A DNA stretch of 64,000 nucleotides, from assembly GCA_977030845.1 (NCBI GenBank), contig OZ365111.1:44702001-44766000 (forward strand). Direction: 5' to 3'. This document shows, one piece after another, positions 1 through 14,041 of the stretch. The DNA comes from Fimbriosthenelais zetlandica. Its lineage: Eukaryota. A model generated the notes under the pieces. That model did not search any database. It saw only the letters and a list, made by a program, of their open reading frames with translations, and had not been told where the DNA came from. Position numbers and translations under genes: made by a program. The stretch's first letter is position 1. Every line of letters begins with the position of its first letter.

Positions 1-55
<55 letters not shown>

Positions 56-277
56 AAGAAAAAGGTAGGGAGAGAGAAGGAAAAGGTAAAGATGAAGAGA
101 AAGTTATTCATGTAGGTAGCGGATGGAGATATGCAGAAAAAGAAATGGAAAGGGAAAGGGAGCGTGGAGAATGAGACTGAGGGGAAGCCCGGGAAGGGAT
201 AGATAGAGAGAAAGAGAGAGAGAGAGGGGGGGGGGGGGGGGGGAAGGAGAGAGAGAGAGTGAGGTGAGAGAGAGAGT
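1..277. repeat. (GA)n microsatellite / polypurine low-complexity tract with a poly-G run
   Basis: Directly visible AG dinucleotide runs at 1-48 and 205-277, and a G homopolymer at ~226-243. Confidence 0.9.
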
Positions 278-667
278 CTAAATCAACGAACGCATAACTT
301 TTAAAAGGCGGGCTTAATTGCTATCATTTTTTTTTTGAAGTCATGAAAAGCAAAGCGCAAACGACTGGAGCCATTCACAGTTTATTCCAACCAGGAAATA
401 TGCCATGACCGTAGTAGCTCCCTTGGGGGGCAATTTATTAAAATATGCAAAAATAATGGTACACAAATATATAGTGGGTGGCAAATTATGACGCATTTCC
501 ACACTTGTTATTGAGGAAATAATGAGGAAGGAACTGGAATGTATACAATCAAGTGTAGAAAGGTTTACGGGCTAGATATATATAGCCCACATTTGATTGG
601 CATTTATATAAGGCGCAGCCCCCACCTTAATTTTGTTGAAGTAACTCTTCAGGCAAAGTCCCGTCTA

Positions 668-841
668 ACTGTCCCGATTTTGACAGCCGAAGGACACACG
701 ATTTGCATCGTGTACACATCGGGGCATTCGTGAGGGCATCTTAAACCATCGTGTGACCATCGTATGAACCGTTCATACGATGGGCACACGATGCCCAATG
801 GAAACATTGTGTGTCCATCGGCTGTCAAATTCGGGACAGTG
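668..841. mobile_element. Palindromic MITE, Tc1/mariner-like (TA flanks)
   Basis: ~35-bp TIRs ACTGTCCCGATTTTGACAGCCGAAGGACACACGAT / revcomp CACTGTCCCGAATTTGACAGCCGATGGACACACAAT. TA at 666-667 and 842-843. Internal hairpin CATCGTGTG-CCATCGTATGAAC...GTTCATACGATGG-CACACGATG. Confidence 0.75.
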
Positions 842-2443
842 TATCGCAGGCATTTAGAGTAAAGAATTTAATTTGACTCAAATTGTGTAAAGTAAATTCT
901 TACGTCGGTTAGCCTCATCATCTAGGTTTACAGTGTGCTGTGCATGATTAAGCGCATGGTGAATAGGCAGAGGCACCTCCACTTCTGATTATGTCCTGCT
1001 TGGCTTCCTTGGAGGGCTTAACCTTATCTAAGGTAACTTTAGGATGGCTATTAATCTTCTATGAGGTGCCATATCAATTGCTTGGCATACTGTCATTCTA
1101 TCCTTTATATAGTATCAATAGAGTTTTCTTGTGTGTACTACAGATAATAAGACCCAACATTTGTGTACTATTGGTTTCATAAAGGTTAACAATTCCTGTC
1201 ACCCTTGGGCATTTAAAGGAACCTATTTTTCGAGTGACCGTGTCCACTTTCCCAAGAAAATAACCATGTTATTTTCCTTACTATATATTAAACCCCATTC
1301 TAATCAGGAATAAGACCATAAGGAAATGTCCCAGCTCAAAGATCTTTTTCACATGCATTGATGTTTCAGCATATAGAAGAATTTCATAAAGGATATTCTC
1401 CCGGCGCCACCTTTCCTTTCCCTGCTTTCACGCGCTGTCATAAAAGGCAGAAATATAGCATTAAAAAAATGTATTTTCCGTTTGTTTTGGTCACAGAGGA
1501 GAAGAACAAAGTAAAGGTTCCTTGATGTTGAGGGGACAAGCCTGAGTAAGATGGCAGCTTTATGCCCCATGCTGACCTCAGTGCTGGGAGGCATAGTTAC
1601 TGCTTTCTTTTATGCAATAAACTCCCTTCGTAATATTCCCCGAATGCAGCTGTTATCCAAGAGGCGTAGTTCACTGGATATTTTTGAGGCGTCATATCTC
1701 TCCCTATATCCCGTTACTTGCAGAGCATCCCTATGTCAGCCTATTTATATATAACACCTCTGTTCACGATGGAGATCGTATGTCTGGTTCATAACTGAAG
1801 AAATATTATACGCATTATACAAGGAGTTCACTTTTACAATGATGGAGTTTTTAATTGGATTCTACGTTCTAATATATTCTAGGTACATATCTGTGGGTCA
1901 CAGAATGTCAGTAAGGGAGAGGGTGTCATCATAAAATGCAAAAATAGCCTCATGAGATGCGTCAAATATAGACTGTGAGTTTGAGGATCGAATGTCTAAG
2001 ATCCCATCACGGTATTAAAGGCTACACCGTGTAGGATATAACTATCTTCATCGTACTTACCGCTTTATTTACATTTAATTAGAAAAATAAGCCTCTGTTA
2101 GCCTGTTCGTTTCCGTCGATATACACCCTATCCCAGTCTGGAAACGATACAAGCTTGCGATTAAAGATAGAGGCAAAGAACCTATAAAGTAGATAGGGCT
2201 GGCTATTTCCTCCCTTTGAGGAAAGTGAGGTCTTTTCTACTACCGAGTCAGTTTGCTCAGCGTAAGCAAAGTGTGTGCATAAATCCATTCTTATACCATG
2301 GCTTTAGGGGACTGGGTCCAATTGGTCAACCTGGGTGTTTTTAGAGGATTCACTCTACTTTCCAAATAGAGTAAGACTTGGTCCATATCGGGATCGAATT
2401 TCTGCAGCCTGTTTCAAAACCAAAAGATTAATCCTAGACTTAA

Positions 2444-2550
2444 GGTGTGACTCCACTGCTGCTACAGTGCTTGCGACACTACAGCGACAAAGTGTTGCGA
2501 CACAAGCATCACCTTTGTCGCTGTAGTGTCGCAAGCACTGTCGCAGCACC
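2444..2550. mobile_element. 107-bp hairpin MITE with TTAA target-site duplication (Kolobok/piggyBac-type TSD)
   Basis: TTAA at 2440-2443 and 2551-2554; termini GGTG...CACC. Arm GCTACAGTGCTTGCGACACTACAGCGACAAAG pairs with CTTTGTCGCTGTAGTGTCGCAAGCACTGTCGC. Confidence 0.7.
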
Positions 2551-5424
2551 TTAAATAGCATTGCTAATATTCCTTTTGAAATTAGATGGAAAGCGACTCA
2601 GAGTGATACCTGGACCGAAAAAAAAGTCAATAGTTGAGAATGCGGACAAGTTTGCTCTTGCTCTTTTCATCCTACCCTGGCAGTGTCATCTTCCGAGGGT
2701 CATGTAAGCTTAGTTACTGTACATACGGATTACAGCTATCCGGAAACCGAACTGCTGAGCATATATTGCATGTTATTGTCTTTCACATATGAAGGAATTT
2801 CGATACCCTCAAAGTATGATCTTCAGATTCATATACATGTATATGTTGGATCCTGTCCTGAATCTTGTGTACGTTCATATACGAGGAATAGTATGCATTA
2901 AGCAGAATGTTAGGGTGATAAAATACTAAATAATTTGCTAATGATCTATTTTTTTAAATGTCCATGTATCGTTCTGTGGTATGGTGCATGATTCCTGTTC
3001 TTGTTTATAAGGCAATCAAGAATAATAATATATTTTTTATGAACTTTTAAGTCCATAATAGCACCCTCTCATCTAATGAATATGATTTATTTAATACCGT
3101 AAGAAGATCATTTTATACTTCACCTGATAATATAGTGATATGAACTAAGAATCTGTATGCAGTGACGCAGGGCATAAAAGAAAATTTATGTCCCCATCGG
3201 CTTCATAGTAATAAAATGTTACCTAATTAACTTTTAACGTCATTCCACGTCTGACATGGTTATTATTAATTAAAGAACTGCTCCACAGTGATTATCCCAA
3301 GATTCTCCACCTTCTGCTGTGTTTCAGACCCAAACCGGCCTATTCCAGCACTAATTAGTATAGTCTGAAATACCTTTAAAGGAAGGATACAGTAATAAAA
3401 AGGCTTGCCTCTCAGAAGGGTGTAGAGTTTTTCTCATGACGACCAAAGTTACCAGACGCATATACTGTCTTATGCCTGGAACAGACTGCGAACGCATCCA
3501 GTTGATTACGTTTTCTTGTCATGCAACTTCAGAAAAAACACCAGTAATCAAGCGTGCTGGTTAGATATTCTAATCGAGTCATGGTGGCTAGGCGTTCACT
3601 TGATTAGGCATGCCATCTCCTGGCTAGCAGTGTGCAAAGAGACGGACCAAGGTGTGTGCCACGAGCATGACCGAAAAAACGCTCTGACCTGTTCAAGCCA
3701 TTAATATATATGCTTCTTGGGCCTGCACATATTGGTTAGCACACTCCAGAGGCTGTTGGTTCATTTTATCATGCACCAACTTGCACAATTTGTCGATGCA
3801 TGATTTTGGTCAAAGATCAGGGTCACTAACGGTTGCAATAAAGTGCGGACCTGTCTCTTTACTTATGTTGTCAAGATAGGCCTTTGGTCAATGTACATTA
3901 GGGAACTCCCGGTATATAATGATCTCTCCCTTGGTATCATTAATATTACTCGGCAGTCTTGAACACATTCCTAAATACATCTGATTGCGTTTTATGACAG
4001 TGAAAAACAGTCCAAATGGTTGTTAGCCTCCTCTGATGGGAGACCCAGTCAAGGAAGGTCTGCTCAGTGACACTATGCTTCATGGGCTAAGCACTTTAAA
4101 CTCATATTTATAACAAGTAAAAGCCTGAGAAGCATCTTGTACAAACTAAGGTACATATTAACATTGTAATGTTTCTGAATTTCGGCGGCGCAAGTCTGCG
4201 GAGAACAACTCGCTCATTTGAAGCAATTTGTCTCCGGTACTTTGCAGCACTTGAAACGTCAAGATTGATCAAGCATGTGGAATTTGACTTGATGACTGGA
4301 AAACTCAAATTGATTTTATGTCTTTCTTTAACCTGGCCCTTGCATGGGGAGGCTGGCCAGCCACTGCTCTGTCTTTCTGCAGGTGTCAGCTTGATTACTG
4401 ATTGGCGGTTTATTGACAAACCTGATTTCTATTTGAGATCCATTACTTTATCTATTAATATCTTTTTCTGTTTCTATTTGGAACGTATCTTTATCTATTT
4501 GGAACGTTAAGTATTATAGGATCATACATATATGCATATCTTTAGTTTAGTAATCAGGTATCAAGGTTTCTGAAAGGATCTCTTCCACGTTTACTTCTGA
4601 CTTTTTTTAAAACCCTGGATGGAGGTGGAACAGGGCTTCAGGTTGATGACGAATGCCTTTAATTTTGCTTCATGACTCCCCGGTGTCTGCCTCTGGAATA
4701 TATGCCTAGCCTGAAGGACAGTAAGGTATAGGCATACAAGAAAATATATCAGCATGCTTGGCATCATGCTACAGCAGTTTTGTGGGAAAAGTCCCAAATG
4801 TATATTTCTCATAAACTTATACGAACTTGATTATTGCTCCACGTAATATAAAAAATCAAGATGTGACCCACTATTCATAGAATGGATCCTGCTCCTCATT
4901 TCCCGTGGGCAGGGTTGACTTTAAGCTGGTCATGCCATCAATTCATGGCAAGGTCTTAATTCCACTTGCTGATGCCTGGCATATCAGAAGAGAAAATATG
5001 ATACCAACTCCCAAATCGAACTGCTGTGACCTATCACTTGCGTTCAGCACGTATGTGGCATATAGGCCCTAGTAATAATCAGCTATGCCCAAACATCATC
5101 TGTTTTATTCCCTATCTATACATGGATATATTTTCATAGGCTAAATAAGCATAGACTAATATATTAGTCAAAGTACTATCTATTACTTTGATATATAGTG
5201 TATATGAATTACTATACCAATATCAATATCTATTACTCTGACATAAAGCCATGTACTATGCATTAATTTGTGATATAAAATTAATGCATGGTAGTTCGTC
5301 TCCAGTAGGCTATACGCTTTTCTCAGAAACTCGTTATCTATATTCATTTCTGAATCAAACCAATTACGTTATTTTCGCTAGCCCTTCACTCAATTCTGTT
5401 TCGTATGGATCAGAGGGACAGACT

Positions 5425-5448
5425 GGGGCCTGTTTCAAAAGGAATATT
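5425..5448 (+). mobile_element. Solo terminal fragment of the MITE family at 10132-10575
   Basis: Exact 24-nt match GGGGCCTGTTTCAAAAGGAATATT to 10132-10155. Confidence 0.5.
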
Positions 5449-5885
5449 CGCAAAGATAAGTCTATTTGAGGGCTCCTGATGGTCCGTGGTTGGCCTTGGT
5501 CGGGATTCTAGGTCTATGGAAACGGCCTCACTCTGCCTTAATGGTTATAACTTCACGCCTGCAACTGGAGCGCCCTGCTAAAAGCTACAGCTAATCGCCT
5601 CCTCTAAGCTATCCAGAAGAGAATCCACAGGCTTTATGTTGTTATAGCTTTGGCGGTGGGTGATAGATACATTTATTTGCATATATAGGTACTGGAAGAC
5701 AACAGAGTTGTATGATGCCCACTTTGCCTTACATCCGAATTCTTTGTCAAGAAATACATGTATGTCATCGATCTCCACAAAATGTGGATATTCCAGATTA
5801 TAGCTGTCTTATGTCTCAGTAGAGATTATAATTTGTCTCAATATAATACATGGAGGCCGCCATGATTTGTTCAGGATGTTGGATA

Positions 5886-5974
5886 AGCCAATCAGAATGA
5901 AATGATTTTTCACTAGAGGCCACCTATGTACAGAGAAGAGCTATAGCAAGCAGGGATTGGTGACTTCTGATTGG
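5886..5974 (+). repeat. Dispersed repeat, copy 1: CCAAT box - CTCF-like motif - inverted CCAAT box
   Basis: Shares AGCCAATCAGAATGAA, CACTAGAGGCCACCT, TAGCAAGCAGGGATTGG and GATTGG, in the same order, with 21955-22081. Confidence 0.6.
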
Positions 5975-8900
5975 TCAGAGTTGATAAGCAACACGGGTGA
6001 TGTCACTTTAAAGAATGATACTAAATCCCACATTGAACTGCAGTAGCCAACAGGGCACAGTTCTGATGGCAGGCTACAAATAAGGCCTCATAATCATGAC
6101 TTTAAACATCCCCAATACTCTATTATATTTAGGCCTAAAGACATGGGTGATGGAGCTATGATGGTTGGGGTAAGGGACTCAGGTATATAGCTTGGAAGTA
6201 CACCGGTGAACTGAAGGCAGATATATTACAAAATAGAGGCAATTAGAGATAGCCAAAATCGATTGCCCTGCCACCTAGTTTATGAAGACAAACCTCCAAC
6301 GGAAGTTCAGATGGAATCATGCCTACTTCCGGTTTATGTTCCGGTTTATAGGTAGGAAGCGAGGAATACACAAACGGTTCACAAAAAACCTTTCCTAAAG
6401 GTGTATAATGTCCCATTTCCACTTTTCAGTGGATGATATGCCTTTTACATTCAGTTCTTCCCACAATAATTGCACAGGGAAATCCTTTAAATCAGCCGTA
6501 TTATTTATATCACTGCTCTTGGGTACCCTTCCTATGAGGCCTCGTACACTTTGACTGGGGAGAAACCGGAAGCGGAAATATAGGTGATTCCTTACAGCGC
6601 CACTGACATGACTGGTGTCAAGTGGGGAAACTATAATTGCTATCTGGAATTGACCAAGGTGTTTGGCACATCTTTGTTATAAGACAGTCCCCTGATTCAT
6701 TTGGTGTCTGTGGGAAAGAGGTGTCTGACAGAGTTCCTCCTGTTGACATGGCGACTGAAGAACATAGTCAATTTGGTGGTCAATAAAGAGACTGCTCTCT
6801 CGTACTCCTATGTGACAGTTAAGTTTGCCTAATCAAGGATCTGCAAAGATAGAGAAGCTTGTAAATTCTTAGAAGGACGTGAAGGATATTCACCTGCACT
6901 GTATTCATTTGGTTATGAAATCTGAATTCAAATTCCTTGGAATTCCAACTATATTTTGTTAAAGTCATATTTTGAAGTTTGCTCTACGTAGGCTATATAT
7001 ACAATGTCCCAAACCATTGACGTGTGCAGTTTATATATATCTGACTTACCTCTGAACTTATTCAAGCAGAAGCAAACTTCCTTGACAACAAATGACTTGC
7101 CACAATCCATGACATATAGTGACAGGTTAGCACATTGCCTCCGGAAGCAGAATACACTCAATATAGAATAGCTGGGGTAAAAAATATATATGCTAGCAGG
7201 AGACTGCCCGCCAACTTCTTCCCATCTTCTGTCGGGCTGTCCCTATTCATAAATATTGATGGAAATGATTAGCATATAGTCCTAATTACAATTGAATTAT
7301 CGGTTAATCTATATTCATTTCATTTTCATAACTATTCCAAAATAAGCACACGCAAAAGAATAATGAAGAGAGCAGCTCCTGACAGCATGTCCTTCCTCAT
7401 GAAAGGTCACTTTCATTACATGCTTGTGCTGTATGTTACATTAGCAATTAGTTTAGTCTATTGGCTTAGCTTCGCCCATCTTTCTTTTGAAGTAGACCCA
7501 TGTCACGATTTACAGTCATGCAGATCTCTATATTAGCCTATCAAATTTACTTATCATTGGCTATAGTTAAGGTTGAATAATTAAGGCCTTAATAGAATAA
7601 TAGAACATTGTCTAAGGAAATGTTCCCCGTAAGGACTTGATTATAACTTAAGGACTTGACACTAATCAACAATGCATTGTTAATGAGTGAAATAGATATT
7701 GTCCATGACTGGTACTAAATAAGTTATGGAACAAATAGATAGTGAGTAATCATGCATTTAAATAGTACTTGCGTGCCTGTAGGTCACCCCCCCCCCCCCC
7801 CCCCCCCCCCCCATACATACATATGTGCTGTCGAACCAAATGGATAAATGTATACTACCTCGATAGAACTAATTTGTCAGTAGTAGGTCTCAACTGCTAT
7901 TTGGATCAGGATTTCTCAAATAGCAATTCCAAAATAGATGGAGTTGCATTGAAAATTATTCTTTTAGACAACAACATACATGTTTACAGTTGTTTGCCAA
8001 ATGACTTGTTGTTTTTGAGAATAAGAGCCTAAAACGGCAGGAATATTATTCTGTGTAATAATGTTGTTTGATTCTGCAGAATGGGATATTAAATTATTGG
8101 ATACGTTATTTGGAACAACGAGTATCTATACTTGTTCTCTGGGGAGCTGGTTGTATTCAAAGTCACCTTTATCTTCAAGATATAGTTGAAGTCGTATCTT
8201 CTTTGGGCTTATCTAGTAGGGAAGCTGCCAGAAGGCTGAAAGGCTGGGAGGCTTAATAAGTATGGGAAGCCTAGTGATACCAGAGTTAATTCTACGCCCC
8301 TTCCAATACTTTGGTATTAACTCCTGACCCGACTGTACCCACATGCACAAAATGACTTCAACTCGGAGAAACTTTGACTTCAAGTGATTCCTTTTAACTC
8401 CCCTGCAGAATGTACTTTTAACTGACTGAGGGTCTATAGCAGCTACAATACTAATACCTGTCATGAATGGTGGCGAGAACATTTCAACCACTCTGAATTC
8501 AAGTTCTTTCAAAATTTTTAAAAGATATGCAAGCCACCTGTTGTTTTTACTACTTGTAGGATTTGAAATGCTAACAGCATCTTTCCTACATTTCCATGAT
8601 TTCCTTTTGTTATAAAATGTAAGCCTTTCTGTAAACTCTTTAGCATACTGTCGAGGATTTAATGGCATTGCTCAATGAAATTTGCCATTTTTAAAAGGCG
8701 CGGATATGAAGGAAGTTGAACCGGTTGGATTGTCAGCCTTCAGACGGCTTGAATGGGACATGCTTGTATTTGCCCAGTATCTAAGTCAATTCCGCCAGTC
8801 CAGTCAATCATAATTTGTACTGCTTCAGTCAACATTGTTCGATTAGTTCTAGTACTTTTGGGAATACCTCCTATTTTGATTTTTTTTAAGTAGAAAGAAC

Positions 8901-10131
8901 AAATTTAAGGAAGCTGCAATACAACTTGTGCCTTGCACAATACTTTTCATTTTCACATTATATAATTATATTAATGAAAAGGTATGTCACAGAAGACAAA
9001 GCATTTCTGGGTTGTTTTTTCTCATTTATTGCCTATGCATTTCGGCCTGTTGACGGTGGCCTTCTTCTTATATAACTATAGCAAGGTCAGTTTTGTCCTG
9101 GATGTGTGTTAGAAGCTGAAAAGGCTGTAAAAATTAAAAACACATCTGGTACTAAGACAATATTTAGACTGCGAATTCCAAAAAGGATTACTAATTTATT
9201 ATCCTACATTAAGTTTAACAGTAAGCAGCCTTATGTGATATTTGAAAATGGCTGAATACATCGCGCTATAAAGGCCTAATGGGATTTTTCAAATGCTTGG
9301 ATCCCACGTTAATGTGTGGTCTCCAATGGCGACCAGTGTGGAGAGTCATTTCACATGTGAATCTTGTTGTTTTACATCCAGGTGGTCCTTCCCTGTAGTC
9401 TTTTCTTAGCATTGTCAATAATAATTTCTAAATTCTTGGAAAAGTCAGTTGTTGGGCAACTTTTAATATTTCCCATTACATTAGGCCTAAACCATCCAAA
9501 GGTTCAACGAATGTCAACATTTTAATCTGAACCCCCAGTTTGACTTATACATTTTATTTTATCTTTGCGAAAGAAAAATACAATAGAATGTTAAGAGTGT
9601 ATATCTGAAGGTCAGCATGGTGGAGCTATAGTAGACCTGTAGCTGCTGCTAGGCCTGACACTGGCAGCATTGACGTAGACCAATGCTCACATGCAAGTCA
9701 TCAGTGGTCTTCATCACATATGAACAGTTTCTCAAGGCAGGAGCTGTGGGCAAGTCATCCTTCTACAAACCTTCTCTCTGAGACAACACAATACCACTCT
9801 CGCAACATACAGCGGTGAGATCAGGATTTCAAAATCTTGTCTCCTTCTTCTCCGATACTGTTAACAGCCGGTGGGTTTTTCGTTATTTTCTTTTATAAAC
9901 CACACAATTATTAATAATTTAACTAATAATATTCAGATTGTTGTGGCGTTTTGCTTCCACTCGAGACTTATTCATGAAAACCGCTCGATTGAAATATTGT
10001 CTAAGCAAGTACCTCAAAAGCTGCTGTTGGGTCTATTTCATTTGTTTAAGTTGACTGTTGTTTAATAAAACTGGTACCAACATAATTATAAAACAACATG
10101 CACAACTGTTCAAAGACCATCAGGAGCTGGT

Positions 10132-10575
10132 GGGGCCTGTTTCAAAAGGAATATTAGCAATGCTTTTATGTGAGGTTTTTTCATGAAATGAGTCTTTAAA
10201 GTCGCAAAAATGGATTTTGAGTTAGTTGCAGATTCGTATAGTGCAGATAGTGAGCTTTTCAATGATAAATATTTATATTTTTAATACAATTTCAAAGAAT
10301 AAAAGTAGTGACTGAAGAAACTAGAGAAGATACCCATTTCAGACAATTATCTGTCCAACTGGAAGAAATCTTGAAGGGACCACACGCACAAACATTTCAT
10401 AATTTCACTCACAAAAATAGTAAAAATATCGTATCCTTGCTTTTAATGCTAAGAGAAATAAGTGGTTTCTTTACAACGCTTTCAGGCCCGTAGCTCCGAA
10501 TGGCCCGGGGCGACTTAAGACTCATTTCATGAAAACACCTCACATATGTTTAATAATCCTTTTGAAACCGTCTCC
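10132..10575. mobile_element. ~440-bp MITE with ~70-bp imperfect TIRs (PIF/Harbinger-like terminus)
   Basis: Left GGGGCCTGTTTCAAAAGGAATATT...ATGTGAGGTTTTTTCATGAAATGAGTCTT; right revcomp GGAGACGGTTTCAAAAGGATTATT...ATGTGAGGTGTTTTCATGAAATGAGTCTT. Superfamily is inferred from the terminus only. Confidence 0.65.
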
Positions 10576-11032
10576 TGGATCCGCCCTTGAATTAGCCAGA
10601 ATAATTATGGCGATCGTCGCTTTTATACGTCCACAATAACCCATCCCAAGGGTGGTGGCATGGGTGTGACTGCGCTTCATCTCACTTCATTTCACAACCA
10701 TCCCAATCATGCAAGCGTCATTACCCAGCGGTATTAACCTATCATTAGCGTTATAATATACCTCCCGAATACGATCTCACAGTACTTTTGCAACCTATTG
10801 TTCGTGCTCTCCAGGGCGGTTCTCCCATTCAGGTTTACCTGTATGTGTGCTTTGTTCAATTCATGACAATTGTGAACACGAAGTTCTCATCTGGCGCGAT
10901 AACCAATAGATAGCAAATTTCTCGCAGAGCCGGGATAATTCCCTACTGTATATATGGCTCAAATTTCTGCAGGTTTTATTGGACAAGGACTCCTAATAAA
11001 TTATCCTCAGATCGATTGCATTCTAACAGCCC

Positions 11033-11463
11033 GGGGGCACTCGGAATCAAAGTGGGTATATATATGCTCGTTCCAAACTTCAATGAGAAGCGGGACTACT
11101 TTTGCTGCTAAGATTATTCACCTTAAAATCTAAATAAAAATAGTTTTTCAGATTTTCCTCTCCGTTATTGCAAAAGAGAGCATGTTATCAATTAAAAGAA
11201 CGGAACATTTCTCAGAAATTCCATAGCTATATAGCTATATTATAGGCCTTGTATGGTGAATTTCAATTTCACAGTGCGCCTTTCCCGTTGTATAATCAAA
11301 ACTATTTCATAAAAAGGGGTGCGTTAGTAGTTGCGATTGGATCGACAGGTAAAAGGTTTCCTAAGAAAAAGGGTCCACATTTTATGGTGAAATCCTTGAA
11401 AAGCGTCAGATTTTCGAGTTAGGAACCGAGCATAATGTACTCACTTTGATTCTGAGTGCCCCC
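11033..11463. mobile_element. ~430-bp non-autonomous DNA transposon (MITE)
   Basis: TIRs GGGGGCACTCGGAATCAAAGTGGGTA...TATGCTCG vs right revcomp GGGGGCACTCAGAATCAAAGTGAGTA...TATGCTCG. Confidence 0.65.
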
Positions 11464-13848
11464 ACCCCCTATAGAACTAACAGGGTTGATATAATACGTA
11501 GGATTCTCTGATCTCTGTCTCTGCCAGCATCAGGCTATAGGAACCATTCATATGGGCCACCAATCCAATTACCCACCTGCCTCTATCACTAATATGTTGA
11601 TTCTCTCCAGTCAAGCTCTGCCTAATGCGGTGGAACAATTAATGCTCGCAGCTAATATTTTCTTCCCTTGCCCTGCACTGCTTTATTTCTGTAATGGCCC
11701 TTTGTCCAAATGGAACTGCTCTGTCTGGCGGTGTTCGTAATTGTATTGGTGAATACCCTCTGACATATTGACAGAAATCTCTGGCTCCCTCTATCTCTCT
11801 CCCTCTAGTTCTGTCACCCTTTCTCCCTCCCTCTCCCTCTCTCCCCCTCTCTGACCATCATGAAATTAGCCTACCTATCAAGCAACATGTTTGTTTTCCA
11901 TCTTCTTCTTATAGAAATTATATATCAAATCTATCGAATGACTATTCACAAACAGGTGAAAGACGTTCAGCATTGAATATCATACCAGTTGATGTTTTCC
12001 TTGACAAAGAGCGTGCTATCAGGTTCCCTGAACCAAATGCTTCGTCTGAGAGATGGATGACGAATCAAAAAATGTGATTCTCTTTGGCTTGACATTGCAA
12101 TCAACGGTGGAAAATGATAGGTTGCCATACATCAAAGTGCTGCCCGACAATATGCTGTTATTTCATTCCAACAGCAGCAGTGGTGTGATGATATAAAGGC
12201 ATCCTTCCCCCATTTCCTCTCAGTTGAATCAATGACTTGCTTTTGATGCAACGAAACCTCAAAGGAATTTTTTCATAGGAAATAGGATGTAGATTAATAG
12301 CTTATAACTAGTTGTCATGTGAATTAGGCATGGGTGTTATGTATATCACACTGAAAAACCAATATATTAGAATGTAATTAGAGGATATGTCGGGGACATC
12401 CATAGAATCCAATTAAATAAGTGAATTAATTTTTCCCGGAAATATTTGCCTCCACTTTGGTCGATTTCATCCACAGCTGAAGAAAGGTTATGAGTGCCAC
12501 GATGCATGGTGCCCCTGAGATTACTTTGACTGCCTGTCATAACCATATTTATTGTGTAATTAAGTTGAAGTATACGAACAAAACAATCGTCCTCCCGGGT
12601 ATCGTAATATATAAGAAAATATGATGTCTGGCTAGGTGCCACCAAATCTAATATAACTGATGTCTCATTTGATAAGAAAATAGTATTCCAGTGGAAGAAC
12701 CCTTTGGACTAAAATTCAATTATCTCTTTCAGTTTTATCACAGGAAGTTTCTGTATTGATTTCTAATAAATTGCTCTACATTTAATAACATAGAACGAGG
12801 GCGTTCTAACAGCTGAAGTAAATTTAGAAACTTAATCAGTTTCTGCAAATATAATGCAATACCAGTGAACTGTGTTTTGGGTATTTTAGATCAAATATAA
12901 AATAACCTTGAAAATCCAAGCATGTGACTATAATGAAGCTTCTATCAGCGTACCGTACCAATCCCTATAAGAATTATCTTTACGACAACATAATCCAAGT
13001 CATGGATAACGTTTTTTTACCTTAATACCATGCTGGTAAAGGGAGGTGAGAATTACATTTCTCTTCTCCATAAATTGTGGAAAGATTGCTAATACTATGG
13101 TAATGTATTATTAACACTAATCTCTATAGTTTCCATGTGTTTGATTTTCCCCTCACTCTTTAGTTTCAACAAATATTCTTAAAGGGATGCTTGGCGTAAA
13201 GTTATTTTCCTAGGTAGTTACATTATGCCTATTGGCGAAACTTTACCATTTTCATATTGTTTGATCATCTATTGTGCAGGATTAGTGGCTTCTGATATTT
13301 TGCTCTGACACTGCCCTTAAAGTAAATAGTGCACTGCTGCATCTACTTTTATTGGTTTTGATCTTTATCATTTGTTACTTCCTGAGCCCAATTCATACAA
13401 GGACATTGGGCAAGGCATCTGATTATTATGACTGTGATTGAATATACGAAAATGATTGATTAAGGTTGAAGCTAAAATGGCTAATGTTTTTCAGTCCGAA
13501 CCTGATTTGCTATCACCAATACATGTTTGTTAGACCCTCATGTTTAGTCTAAAAACCATTAGTTACACGATACCATGAAAGGACAAATATGATAGAAGGA
13601 CAGACAAAAGTTGATGTCACTTTATGATTGACTTGATTAATTCTTTAGTAATATTGATCATTTCTAAGATTTCATTTTCTTCTCTGCGAATCCTCTACAA
13701 ATTCTAGGTAGTGCTCTTACACTGGATTATTTTTTTAGTTACATGTAGTCAGATATTGCAGCCATTGAGGACATAAACCTATAATGGATAGCCCTGAAAG
13801 ATGGCAATGCATGCATGACTTGCCTTGTCATTGCAAAGATACTGAATA

Positions 13849-14041
13849 CAGTGGAACCTAATATAACGTTTACCTCACTATAGCGGTCACCTCACATAAC
13901 GGCCATGTTTAAAATAACAGTTATGCCTGGTACCATTTCTAATAGTTCATGTTTATATATATTCATGAAAGCAGTGAGCTTACATAACCGCCAGAAAAAA
14001 ACCTTGGGACCAAGGATGACCGTAATAGTGATGTTCCACTG
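13849..14041. mobile_element. Tc1/mariner (pogo/Tigger-like) MITE
   Basis: TA|CAGTGGAAC ... GTTCCACTG|TA, with subterminal TCACTATAGCGGTCA / revcomp TCACTATTACGGTCA. Confidence 0.7.

Noticed and set aside
4108-4510. Overlapping 103-aa (-) and 113-aa (+) ORFs
   Set aside because: No motif, no convincing splice pattern, and the plus ORF starts at GTG/TTG-type or weak sites; consistent with chance.
7820-9540. 151-aa ORF (8213-8668, -) and surrounding coding-like sequence, including an HTH-like GLSSREAARRL on the plus strand
   Set aside because: No recognisable domain, many stops in flanking frames and no splice support. It may be a decayed transposon, but I cannot support a call without a TBLASTX/Dfam search.
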